Of a DNA stretch of 64,000 nt, positions 53,344 to 61,207 are shown in pieces. The notes beneath the pieces are model-generated. The model was not told where the DNA came from and made no database searches. It saw nothing but the letters and a program-made list of their open reading frames with translations. This DNA comes from Octopus vulgaris. Lineage: Eukaryota. Position numbers and translations under genes: made by a program. The stretch spans positions 20,150,001 to 20,214,000 of the forward strand of contig OX597820.1 of assembly GCA_951406725.2 (NCBI GenBank). The letters run 5' to 3'. Position 1 is the first letter of the stretch, and each line of letters begins with the position of its first letter.

Positions 53344-54384
53344 TTAAATAGATTTTTCTATGGGTAGATTGAGATCCTTAGCTGCGGTGAAAGCAATCAG
53401 TCTTAGAGAAGAGAAGCTCCAAATTTAATGCTCCCTTTTAACATGCTCTAAGCTAGCCTGGAAGAGTATGGGTTATGAAACTAACGCGAGGTATGTCCAA
53501 TAACACAAATTCATTCTATGGAAGTAACTGTTTCATGTCAGTATGCATTGTGTCACAGGTGGAGATAGCAGGAAATGATATTCTACTCTTTACTCTTTTA
53601 CTTGTTTCAGTCATTTGACTGTGGCCATGCTGGAGCACCACCTTTGAGTCGAGCAAATTGACCCTCGGACTTATTCTTTGTAAGCCTAGTACTTATTCTA
53701 TCGGTCTCTTTTGCCGAACTGCTAAGTTACGGGGACTTAAACACACCAGCATCGGTTGTCAAGCAATGCTTGGGGGACAAACACAGACACACAAACACAT
53801 ACACGCACACATATGTGACCGCGTGTGTAATGTTGGCAATTTTTTTCCTCCGTCTTCCCTTCTCTGGATCTTTCCTTTTCCTATGTTTCTGACGAAGAGC
53901 TCCGCTCGAAACGTTAAACCCTCCTTCTTTCCTGAGCGTCCACTAATACTATATTTGCTACACATCCTCGCATTGTTGTGTTTTCATGTTTGGATTAACT
54001 TTATATATATATACATATATACGACGGGCTTCTTTCAGTTTCCGTCTACCAAATCCATTCACAAGGTTTTGGTTGGCCTGAGGCTACAGTAGAAGACACT
54101 TGCCCGAGGTGCCACACAGTGGGACTGAACCCAGAACCATGTGGTTGGTAAGCAAGCTACTTACCACACAGCCAACGCTGCGCCTATGAGTAAAAAATAT
54201 AAGTATCTATGATGTATTTCTTAAACTGAGAAAATAATTTCCTTGCTGCAGTCCAGATTGTAAAACATGTTCAACAACTGAAGTAAAGTTTCTGGTACAA
54301 AAGAATAAAGAAAAAGTAAACCCTCATACCTGTTTGTAGCACCGATGTGCAAAATAAAAGCAGTAGAAAGTAGTGGTTGGCCAT
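412..54384 (-). CDS. Multi-exon gene for a secreted or membrane MAM-domain array protein (MALRD1/MAMDC-like), 3' end outside the window
   Basis: 21 exons with GT-AG ends and compatible phases, 3256 nt in total. Signal peptide followed by repeated MAM motifs (CxF(E)..C.W, GP..DHT, CL.F.Y.M.G, W...G.QG..W, IA.DD...C). Confidence 0.9.
1590..2380 (+). mobile_element. Degenerate RTE-clade LINE, APE endonuclease region
   Basis: [11 protein letters not shown]...CCIQEVRW...GVGILL; GVFNGHVG...NTNFRK; HRLVV. Stops and frameshifts present; 19-bp unit triplicated at about 1861-1917. Confidence 0.85.
2574..2862 (+). mobile_element. tRNA-headed SINE with (AAT)n and HHR-like tail, copy 1
   Basis: A box TGGCATAGTGG, degenerate B box; similar to 27214-27489. 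Confidence 0.75.
3025..3204 (-). CDS. Exon 20, MAM6 C-half ([11 protein letters not shown]...[16 protein letters not shown])
   Basis: 180 nt, phase 1 to 1. Confidence 0.92.
4250..4560 (+). mobile_element. SINE family D with tRNA head (representative)
   Basis: TGGCCCAGTG(A/G)TTAGG..GGTTTCGATTC; copies at about 16670-17050, 25450-25775, 36590-36860, 48760-49060. Confidence 0.8.
5960..6399. repeat. Perfect fold-back palindrome (214-bp arms, 12-nt loop), Penelope-like remnant in (TA)n
   Basis: Arms 5960-6173 and 6186-6399 are reverse complements; the mirrored ORFs in the track confirm this. Confidence 0.92.
6256..6348 (+). ncRNA. Minimal type I hammerhead ribozyme motif (mirror copy 6011-6103, minus strand)
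   Basis: TATTTCTTC-CTGAAGA-GAAAGACACAAT..ATTGTGCCTTTC-GAAAC-ACGT-GTA-GAATGAAATA. Confidence 0.75.
6695..7275 (-). mobile_element. SINE family B, tandem multimer (representative)
   Basis: GAGTTCAAATTCCGCCGAGGTCGACTTTGCCTTTCATCC core; multimers also at about 18010-18607, 42285-42830, 45450-45915, 57380-58100, 61665-62070. Confidence 0.88.
7359..7520 (-). CDS. Exon 19, MAM6 core (HYQYIE...[10 protein letters not shown])
   Basis: 162 nt, phase 1 to 1. Confidence 0.9.
7746..8224. repeat. Fold-back element with an approximately 35-bp tandem expansion in the right arm
   Basis: Centre about 7877-7892; related copies at 22765-22985 and 39625-39820. Confidence 0.8.
8430..9122. repeat. (CAT)n-based minisatellite with a higher-order unit
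   Basis: TCCTTCTTGATACTGGGTAATAA anchor recurs four times (about 8542, 8670, 8783, 8925). Confidence 0.85.
10540..10683 (-). CDS. Exon 18, MAM6 N-part ([11 protein letters not shown]...TGPKFDHT)
   Basis: 144 nt, phase 1 to 1. Confidence 0.92.
10953..11250. mobile_element. MITE-like fold-back (arms about 128 bp)
   Basis: GTAGTAAAGATTGTTTGCCAAC... and ...GTTGGCAAACAATCTTTATTAC are imperfect reverse complements. Confidence 0.8.
11543..13132 (-). mobile_element. 5'-truncated R4/Dong-clade non-LTR retrotransposon (RT thumb, CCHC, restriction-like endonuclease)
   Basis: YKYLG...[13 protein letters not shown]; [14 protein letters not shown]; RHD; NKPDIVV..LIDMSIP. The two ORFs share a frame with one stop at 12414. 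Flanked by (ATT)n on both sides. Confidence 0.9.
14257..14347 (-). CDS. Exon 17, MAM5 C-part ([27 protein letters not shown])
   Basis: 91 nt, phase 0 to 1. Confidence 0.92.
14793..14903 (-). CDS. Exon 16, MAM5 core b ([19 protein letters not shown])
   Basis: 111 nt, phase 0 to 0. Confidence 0.88.
15240..15457. mobile_element. Mariner-derived MITE
   Basis: TIRs TGAGGAGGTGCTGAAAAGTTCCTGG / CCACGAATTTTTCAGCATACCCTCA with TA flanks; related copies at about 5480-5658 and 17928-18732. Confidence 0.75.
16236..16304 (+). ncRNA. Hammerhead ribozyme motif with one core mutation
   Basis: CCTG-TTGATGA-AGACTT..AATGTCA-GAAAC-CATG-GTC-CAGG. Confidence 0.65.
17090..17241 (-). CDS. Exon 15, MAM5 core a (HYMYVS...[10 protein letters not shown])
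   Basis: 152 nt, phase 1 to 0. Confidence 0.92.
18940..19125 (-). CDS. Exon 14, linker + MAM5 N-part ([12 protein letters not shown]...TGPTNDHT)
   Basis: 186 nt, phase 1 to 1. Confidence 0.92.
20300..20975 (+). pseudogene. Tc1/mariner-superfamily transposase fragment
   Basis: RTVQRIW...NPSKSIR...FSDEKNF...[34 protein letters not shown]. Confidence 0.85.
21263..21347 (-). CDS. Exon 13, MAM4 C-part ([28 protein letters not shown])
   Basis: 85 nt, phase 0 to 1. Confidence 0.9.
22082..22341 (-). CDS. Exon 12, MAM4 core (GFYMNL...[10 protein letters not shown]...GTQGNQW)
   Basis: 260 nt, phase 1 to 0. Confidence 0.93.
22579..22710 (-). CDS. Exon 11, MAM4 N-part ([11 protein letters not shown]...GPIADHTS)
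   Basis: 132 nt, phase 1 to 1. Confidence 0.9.
23353..23483. mobile_element. Tc1-type MITE with an internal SINE fragment
   Basis: TIRs CAGGGTGTCCCAAAAAAATGTATACACA / TGTGTATACATCTTTTGGGGACACCCTG. Confidence 0.75.
24050..24225 (+). mobile_element. RTE RT C-terminal fragment
   Basis: [37 protein letters not shown]. Confidence 0.6.
24516..24790 (-). mobile_element. Penelope-like element, GIY-YIG C-terminal fragment
   Basis: [19 protein letters not shown] resembles the PLE endonuclease end motif (L.I.E.L.I...KP.LN.Q). Confidence 0.6.
24881..24965 (-). CDS. Exon 10, MAM3 C-part ([27 protein letters not shown])
   Basis: 85 nt, phase 0 to 1. Confidence 0.9.
25889..26148 (-). CDS. Exon 9, MAM3 core (TYLFLDAS...[10 protein letters not shown]...GDQGPVW)
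   Basis: 260 nt, phase 1 to 0. Confidence 0.92.
27214..27489 (+). mobile_element. tRNA-headed SINE with HHR-like tail, copy 2
   Basis: TGGCATAGTGG...GAGTTCGATTCC head; same tail as copy 1. Confidence 0.75.
27569..27703 (-). CDS. Exon 8, MAM3 N-part ([11 protein letters not shown]...GPSSDHT)
   Basis: 135 nt, phase 1 to 1; weak AAAG acceptor. Confidence 0.88.
29380..29690 (-). mobile_element. RTE (BovB-like) 3' end
   Basis: [11 protein letters not shown]...[21 protein letters not shown], followed by a (TAG)n tail. Confidence 0.8.
30012..30102 (-). CDS. Exon 7, MAM2 C-part ([30 protein letters not shown])
   Basis: 91 nt, phase 0 to 1. Confidence 0.9.
30655..31181 (+). pseudogene. Mariner transposase C-terminal half plus right TIR
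   Basis: LLRDNALPH...[21 protein letters not shown]...[15 protein letters not shown]. Confidence 0.9.
31205..31650 (-). mobile_element. RTE RT C-terminal fragment
   Basis: CGSERW...[13 protein letters not shown]...WYGHVLR...GRLRKT. Confidence 0.85.
31688..31926 (-). CDS. Exon 6, MAM2 core (IYLYAS...[11 protein letters not shown]...GDQGYGW)
   Basis: 239 nt, phase 1 to 0. Confidence 0.92.
32697..32879 (-). CDS. Exon 5, linker + MAM2 N-part ([19 protein letters not shown]...GPVDDHT)
   Basis: 183 nt, phase 1 to 1; not in the ORF track. Confidence 0.9.
33135..33582. repeat. Fold-back palindrome (212-bp arms) in (TA)n, with HHR motif at 33381-33449
   Basis: Arms 33135-33346 and 33371-33582; TAC-CTGAAGA-TTGACTGT..ACAGCCAT-GAAAC-GATT-GTA-GTG. 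Confidence 0.88.
34248..34347 (-). CDS. Exon 4, MAM1 C-part ([28 protein letters not shown])
   Basis: 100 nt, phase 0 to 1. Confidence 0.92.
34425..34740 (-). mobile_element. RTE RT fragment
   Basis: FVDPEEAF; [18 protein letters not shown]...[13 protein letters not shown]. Confidence 0.75.
34749..35252 (+). mobile_element. Non-autonomous Helitron
   Basis: 5' TC, 3' hairpin GACCCGGCATCACCGGGTC followed by CTAG; inserted between A and T. Confidence 0.75.
35813..35970. repeat. Three copies of a 52-bp GC-rich tandem repeat with CCAAT and TGACGT motifs
   Basis: Units start at 35813, 35865 and 35917. Confidence 0.88.
36174..36439 (-). CDS. Exon 3, MAM1 core (GSYLHLE...[11 protein letters not shown]...ENR)
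   Basis: 266 nt, phase 1 to 0, GTAAGT donor. Confidence 0.92.
38310..38704 (+). mobile_element. Non-autonomous Helitron
   Basis: 5' TCTATATATA, 3' CCGAGCAACACCGGG followed by CTAG; A/T target. Confidence 0.75.
38834..38977 (-). CDS. Exon 2, MAM1 N-part ([16 protein letters not shown]...NHTTG)
   Basis: Polypyrimidine-CAG acceptor, GTATGT donor, CDFE motif. Confidence 0.9.
40285..40532 (+). mobile_element. SINE family C with (GAT)n tail (representative)
   Basis: GGCGTTAGGAAGGGCATCCAGCTGTAGAAAC...GCTAGCATGGAAAACGGACGTT; copies at about 4945-5180, 17415-17695, 47510-47830, 56070-56400, 59385-59790. Confidence 0.85.
41125..41462 (+). mobile_element. Helentron/HINE-like non-autonomous element
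   Basis: 5' ACCTCTGCCAAGG and 3' hairpin ACCTCTGCCTTCACTAAGGTGGAGGT. Confidence 0.55.
41513..41708 (-). repeat. Exact 98-bp tandem duplication containing a tRNA-like B box
   Basis: Units start at 41513 and 41611; GGTTCAAATCC on the minus strand. Confidence 0.8.
44226..44586. repeat. Fold-back palindrome (155-bp arms) in the (TA)n of a SINE, with HHR motif at 44467-44553
   Basis: Arms 44226-44380 and 44432-44586; TGCAG-CTGAAGA-..-GAAAC-GATT-GTA-CTGCA. Confidence 0.88.
46702..47120 (+). mobile_element. SINE family A, representative copy (tRNA head, central TA/TG microsatellite, (GAGTAAAA)-type tail)
   Basis: Further copies at about 9676-10049, 19225-19625, 27945-28350, 43375-43803, 44015-44945, 53583-54186, 55310-55800, 58280-58716. 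Confidence 0.88.
47176..48179. mobile_element. Non-autonomous DNA transposon with long imperfect TIRs, interrupted by a SINE (about 47510-47830)
   Basis: TTAGGGTGGAG...CTCCACCCTAA termini; internal AGTTGTGAATGGACATCAAAA is mirrored. Confidence 0.7.
53885..53919 (+). ncRNA. Very short HHR-like motif in an approximately 190-bp element (second copy 3608-3810, minus strand)
   Basis: GTTT-CTGACGA-A-GAGC-TCC-GCTC-GAAAC-GTT-AAAC. Confidence 0.6.
54330..54384 (-). CDS. Coding exon 1: signal peptide [18 protein letters not shown]
   Basis: ATG at 54384, hydrophobic core, donor G|GTATGA. Phase 1 matches the exon ending at 38977 (G+TT=Val). Confidence 0.7.
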
Positions 54385-55537
54385 ATTCAATGTAACTTCA
54401 TAACTTTAGGTTTGCTGGTCATAAAGAATGGTTAAATACACTGAATGTATGTCCACTTCTTGAAAATGAAAATGCAGTAGAGAATATTAATGATGATAAA
54501 TGCCTAAATGATATTAACAAACTGTTAGAAGACAGGTTTTTTTTTGTGTGTAACTACAAACAGTTACAACAGCTAAAATGCATTTGTAAGATGTAAGTTA
54601 GGGAGAGTCTAAATTGATAAGCGATAGAGTTTATCTAAAAGGATTTGATTGAAGGTAGCTTTCGTTACCTGATACATAAAGAAAAGTATTCTCAGCTGTA
54701 CAAAGGTAACAGGTGAAAGTTCATCATTTTTTTTTTCTCATCTATAATTATGATAAAGAATCGTTCTTACTGACCGAATATTAACTGACATGTAAAAACA
54801 AAATAAAGAAAAACACACTGAACATCATTATTGATATTCTTAGAACAAAGGACAATTGTTAAATGGAATGATATTGCAAAATATTTTAATTAATCCATCT
54901 TTTACTGTTTATTTAATCATCAATTAACAAAAAATTTTTAAAAATAAGAAAAAAAGAAAAATGTCTTTACTTTTAGTATTTGCTTTCACTTTTACATTTA
55001 TTTGTTTCAGTCTTTGGACTGGGCCATGTTGGGGCACCATCTTGAAGGGCATTAGTTGAACAAATCAACCCCAGTAAATATTTTTTTAGGTTTGGTAACT
55101 TATTCTGCTGACTCTTCTGCTGAACTGCTATGTTGCTGGTATATGAATGAACCACCACCGGTTGTCAAGTAATGGGAGGGTGGGGTGTAAAAACGCAGGC
55201 ATAAGCACATGCATGCATGCATGCACACACACATACATACACTCTCTCTCCCTCACACACACACACATATACATACATACATACACACGCACATATACGT
55301 ACATACATATACAGGAGTGGCTATCTGGTAAAAAGCTTAGTTCCCAACCACATGGTTTCAGGTTCAGTCCCACTGCATGGTACCTTGGGCAAGTGTCTTC
55401 TACTATAGCCTCAGGCCGACCAAAGCCTTGCGAGTGGATTTGGTAGACAGAAACTGAAATACATATATATATACATACATACATGTATATATATATATAT
55501 ATACACATACATACATATACACACACACATATATATA

Positions 55538-55584
<47 letters not shown>

Positions 55585-55798
55585 GTATGTATGTATTTGT
55601 TATTTGTATCTGTGTTTTTCCTCCCACCATCACTTGACAACCGATATTGGTGTGCTTACGTTGCCATCACTTAGCGGTTCAGCAAAAAGAGACCGATAGT
55701 ACTATTCTTACAAGGAATAAGCCCTGGGGTTGATTTGTTTGGTGAAAGGTGGTGCTCCAGCATGGCTGCAGTCAAATGACTGAAACAAGGAAAAGAAT

Positions 55799-55839
<41 letters not shown>

Positions 55840-56772
55840 ATGATGACGATGATATATATATATTATTTTTTGTCTATTTTCTCTCTCTGTTTATTTCTGT
55901 GTTCCTTTCAAAGAGTGTAGGCTTGAGATGTAAAAGACTTTCTCACCTTCCCAAGCATTAAACTAATACATCTGTTTGTTGTTTACACGCCTGTCTTCAT
56001 CTTTTGTATTTTTGTAAATTCTCACTATATATATATGTATGTGTATATATATATGTATGTGTGTATATATATCATCATCATCATCGTTTAACGTCCGTTC
56101 TCCATGCTAGCATGGGTTGGACGGTTCAACCGGGGATCTGGGAAGCCAGAAGGCTGCACCAGGCTCCAGTCTGATCTGGCAGTGTTTCTACAGCTGGATG
56201 CCCTTCCTAACGCCAACCACTCTGTGAGTGTAGTGGGTGCTTTTTACATGCCACCGGCACAGGTTTCAGGCGAGGCTGGCAACGCCCACGATTGGATTGA
56301 TGCTTTTTACGTGCCACCGGCACGGAAGCCAGTCAAGGCAGCACTGGCATCGGCCATGTTTGGATGGTGCTTTTTACGTGCCACCAGCACAGGGATCACA
56401 ATTGCAGTTTCCATTGATTTTTGATGTTGGTGTACTCGACTCAATGGATCTCCTCAAGCACAGGGTTGAAACGGTGTTTCTTTACTTGCCACCTGCACAG
56501 GAGTCAGTCCAGCGGCCCTGGCAACTGCCGGGTGCCAGTCATAGGATTGGTTCAATTTCGATTCCGATTTCACTTACCCCAACAGGTCTTCGCAAGCAGT
56601 GTTTAGTGTCCAATGAAGGGAGGTTGGCATGGGTGCCAGTCGTCGGATGAGGTTCATATATATAATCATCATCATCATTTAATCTCTGTTGTCCATGTTG
56701 GCATAGCTTGGATGGTTTGACTGGGCCAGGATGCTGGAAGACTGTGCCAGACTCCAGTCTGAATTGGCATGA

Positions 56773-57330
56773 TTGGGTCGTCTGGAAAGTTCATGCCGAT
56801 TTTTAAAGGAAAGAAAAAGGTCAATAAATATTTGCCATTACCCAAGCTTTACCAGGTGCTCATGAACGACGGATTTTGATAGGTTGAGGCTTTCTGACAA
56901 TGTGGGTTATTCTCAATAATTGATTTGATTTGGTCATCATCTGTAGTGGATGGTCTGCCTGATCACTCTTTATCAATAAGGCTACAATTTCTGGCTCGGA
57001 ACCTTGTGAACCACTTCCGTACAGTTCTTTCGGATAAAGAGACATCACCGTAAACTGCGCATAGTTCTTTGGTTGCTTGTGAGGCATTTTTCCCTTTATG
57101 GAAAAAGAAAAGCATCAATTGCCAAAAATGAACTTTCTTATCTTCCATTTTAAAGGTCTACAGAATTAACACAGGTTATAGGAACATAAATCTTCTTCCA
57201 CGAAAAGATGGCTTAAACTGTGCTCTAAATGGAGGTGTAGTCAAATCCTATATTATGGACTCAAACATGTTCTAAAATAAGTTGAAAGGTAAGCTACTAT
57301 AAATCGGCATGAACTTTCTGGACAACTCAA
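56773..57330 (-). mobile_element. Internally deleted mariner with both TIRs
   Basis: TIRs of about 30 bp; HTH region MEDKKVHF..KGKNASQAT..VYG..SERTVRKWF..SGRP. Confidence 0.9.
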
Positions 57331-57341
57331 TATATATGTAT

Positions 57342-57388
<47 letters not shown>

Positions 57389-58509
57389 CACATGAAATAC
57401 CGCTAAGCATTTTGCCTGGCATGCTAACGATTCTGCCAGCTTGCTGCCTTAGTGTATAACACTACAATCTTTTCTACTAAAAGCACAAGGTCTGAAATTT
57501 GTAGGAGGAGACTAGTTGATTACATCGACCCCAGTGTTTCACTGGTACTTAATTTATTGACCCTGAAAGATGAAAGGCAAAGTCAATCTAGGAGGAATTT
57601 GAACTCAGAATGTGAAACCAGACAGAATACTGCTAAGCAATTCACCTGGCATGCTAACGAATCTGCCAGCTTGCTAGCTTGTGCATGACACTATAATTAT
57701 TTCTACTCTTGGCACAAAGTTTCGAAAATTTTGGGAAGAAGGGGGCCAGTTGATTACATTGACCCCAGTGCATAACTGGTACTTTTTACATTGACCCCAA
57801 AAGGATGAAAGGCAGTATCAACCTAGGCAGAATTTGAACTCCGAATATGAAGACAGACGAAATATCTATTTCTTTGCTACCCACAAGGGGCCAAACACAG
57901 AGAGGAGAAACAAGGACAGACAAACGGATTAAGTCGATTATATCGACCCCAGTGCGTAACTGGTACTTATTTAATCGACCCTGAAAGGATGAAAGGCAAA
58001 GTCGACCTAGGCGGAATTTGAACTCAGAACGTAGCGGCAGACGAAATACGGCTAAGCATTTCACCTGGCATACTAACGATTCTGCCAGCTCGCCGCCCTA
58101 GTGCATGACACTGTAATGACAACTCAAAAGGTTCCCATGTGTACAACCCCCCATCCCCGCCATTACCAACTCAAAAAAAAAATTCTTGAGAAAAAATTAT
58201 GGGTTGAAAGGGTTAAAGAAGCTAAAATATGCCAGTACCAACTCATTGGTAATTTTACTTTTATTTCATACACATATATTTTACTCTTATACTCTTTACT
58301 CTTTTACTTGTTTCAGTCATTTGACTGCGGCCATGCTGGAGCACCGCCTTTAATCGAGCAACTCAACCCCGGGACTTATTCTTTTGTAAGCCCAGTACTT
58401 ATTCTATCGGTCTCTTTTGCCGAACTGCTAAGTAACGGGGACATAAACACACCAGCATCAATTGTCAAGCAATGCTAGGGGGACAAACACAGACACACAA
58501 ACACACACA

Positions 58510-58549
<40 letters not shown>

Positions 58550-59802
58550 TACGACGGGCTTCTTTCAGTTTCCGTCTACCAAATCCACTCACAAGGCTTT
58601 GGTCGGCCTGGGGCTATAGTAGAAGACACTTGCCCAAGGTGCCATGCAGTGGGACTGAACCCGGAACCATGTGGTTGGTAAACAAGCTACTTACCACACA
58701 GCCACTCCTGCGCCTATATTATATTAAATTGGTTTCCAGTTTTGGTACTAGGCTAACATTTTTGGGAGGGGCAGATTTACCGAAATTTTAAACACTGTTT
58801 CCTTAATAATTCAATATATATAATGTATACATAGAATCTACTTTCATTTTATTTTATTCCATCACATTCAGTTATCTCGTTAAATAGATAGACTAAACTT
58901 TAGCCTTATAACTGAGATCGAGTGGGCTTATTTTTTTTTTATTTCTTGTACTTCGTACTCAATGTTTCTGAAAAAAAGAAAGAAAAGAAGGAAGAAAGAA
59001 GAAAAAGAAACTTGTGAAAATAGTGATAAAAAATTAATTTTCAATCCGTAATCAAACTACTGTGGTTTATATTACCTGAGTTCGAACGAAAGAAAGAGAT
59101 AGATGTGATTAAATACTGATTATCAGTATGCAGAGGAGGGATTGGTGGGTTGGTGGGGGTAAATTACTGGCCTTTTACGGCATATTTAAATTATAGGTAG
59201 TTTGATCTAAACGAATGTTCTGGCATAAACATACACACACACACATTAATATGCATATGTATTTACATACATACATACATACATATAGACATACACATAT
59301 ATGTTAATATATGTATGTACATTCTTACATACAGACATACATACACACATACAAACGTACATACATACGTACACAGCACCATCTAAGCGTGATCGTTGCT
59401 AGAGTAGCCAACTGGCTTCCGTACCCCACCATCCGAGCGTGATCGTTGCCAGAGCAGCCAACTGGCTTTGTACCCGTGGCACGTACAAGGGCACCATTCG
59501 AGCGTAATCGTTACCAACGTCGCTTCACTGACACCTGTGCTGGTGGCACGTGTAAAAAGATTCGAGCAAGGGCATTGCCAGTACCACCTGACTGGCCCCT
59601 GTGCCGGTAGCACATAAAAAGCACCCACTACACTCTCAGAGTGATTGGCGTTAGGAAGGGCATCCAGCTGTAGAAACTCTGCCAGATCAAGATTGGAGCC
59701 TGGTGCAGCCATCTGGTTTGCCAGCCCTCAGTCAAAATTGTCCAACCCATGCTAGCATGGAAAACTGACGTTAAACGATGATGATGATGATTCATACATA
59801 TA

Positions 59803-61195
59803 CAGGGTGGGTAAAATGTAAGTAGGCATTAAAAATTGATAATAAAATCCATATTCCTTTTATCAACTTATTGAAACAAATGGTACATGTTCTTTATTAC
59901 ATGGGAAAATGAAAGTGAATCTTCATATTTCAACGTAAGCATTGGTGGCATCAACCAGTTTCCTCAAATGGCCAGGGATGTAATGAAGAACCTTCTGGAG
60001 GAAATCGTCTGGGAGATCATTGAAAACTTCCTGAATCAGTGTCTTCAAGTCCTCCAGTGTGTGAGGTTTTGTCTTGTACACCTCCTTTTTTTGTGTAATC
60101 CCACAGGTAAAAATCACATGGAGTGAAATCTGTACTTTTTGGAATTCTGAACTTTTGGACTTCTGCAGTCACAGTCTTCAGGTTTTAGCTCCTGCATATA
60201 ATGGGGTTTCCATGGACAAATATTGAATCCTTTATGCAACACCGTACATATTGTGTGTTTTGTTAGTCAAGACACACAATAAATACAAGCTGCTTGACAT
60301 GTTGATTCGTATGGGCTGTGATTAAACATTTTCTGCACTGTTGCCATATTCTCCACTGATCGGGATGTGGTTGAACAGCCACTTCTTGCATTGTTCACAG
60401 AGCCCGTGGTCATCAGCTCTGCATGACAACTTTTTATTGTCTCTGGACGGACGTAGTGTTGTATGTGTAAAGAGAACTGGTTGCTTCTTTACACCTGTGG
60501 GGTGCAACTTGGGTGCAACACAATTTCCTTTCTTTAGATTCCAGAGACTACCAGTCAGGAACAAGTAACGCAACCTTAAGAAATATATATAACTCTTTAC
60601 TTTCTTATTTACAAAAGAAGTTCGCTGGTATCTTGGTATCCACTAGGTGCGAAATAGCAAGGCTGAATTTTAACATTTGTAAGATTCTTACAACAATTCA
60701 GCAGCAACAGAACAGGTCGTCACGGCGCTATTAAGGAAAACGCCCTAGTAACTGTCCCCTTCAGTCTCTAGCGCATGCGCATGAGGGTACTTACCTATGC
60801 CTTTCCAGAAGGTTCTAGAAGGTTCTAGAAGGTTCCAACCCCGCACATGCGCACTGAAGAAGGACGTTCCACACACACACACACTGAAGAATGACCTTGC
60901 GTGTGCGCACACTGGAATATGACGTCACTACATATGCTTACCTTTCCATGCATGCAGCCATCTCTGAACCAAAACAATGGAATTCCACACTTCATAGCGA
61001 GCTGTTATCTTAACTCACTCTTGAACAGTCAAGCAACTGGTCAGCTCGAAAATAAGAAAAAAGAAATAAGACAATAAGAAAATAAGAAATCCCCATTAGT
61101 GTTGTCTGTTTAAAAAAATGTTTTCGTCATGACTCCAGTGATACTAAAAATTCTATAAGCAATTTCTAATGCCTAGCTACTTTCCATCCACCCTG
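59803..61195 (-). mobile_element. Internally deleted Tc1/mariner with TIRs and TA target duplication
   Basis: TA-CAGGGTGG...CCACCCTG-TA. N-terminal TTGSVNNARSG..SRSVEN..SP and C-terminal EVYKTKPHTLEDLK.LIQE. Confidence 0.85.
60771..60927. promoter_or_regulatory. Motif cluster: NRF1 site (60771-60780), seven-unit HSE (60802-60836), CRE (60920-60927)
   Basis: GCGCATGCGC; TTCcaGAAggTTCtaGAAggTTCtaGAAggTTC; TGACGTCA. Confidence 0.6.
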
Positions 61196-61207
61196 TATAT
61201 GAGCTTT

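Noticed and set aside
55895-55940. Possible decayed HHR (AAAGAGTGTAGGCTTGAGATGTAAAAG)
   Set aside because: Too many core changes to call without a family consensus.
60140-60700. Possible captured host gene or gag zinc knuckle inside the Tc1 element
   Set aside because: Another frame reads as the transposase's own N-terminal HTH region (TTGSV..RSG..EN..SP).
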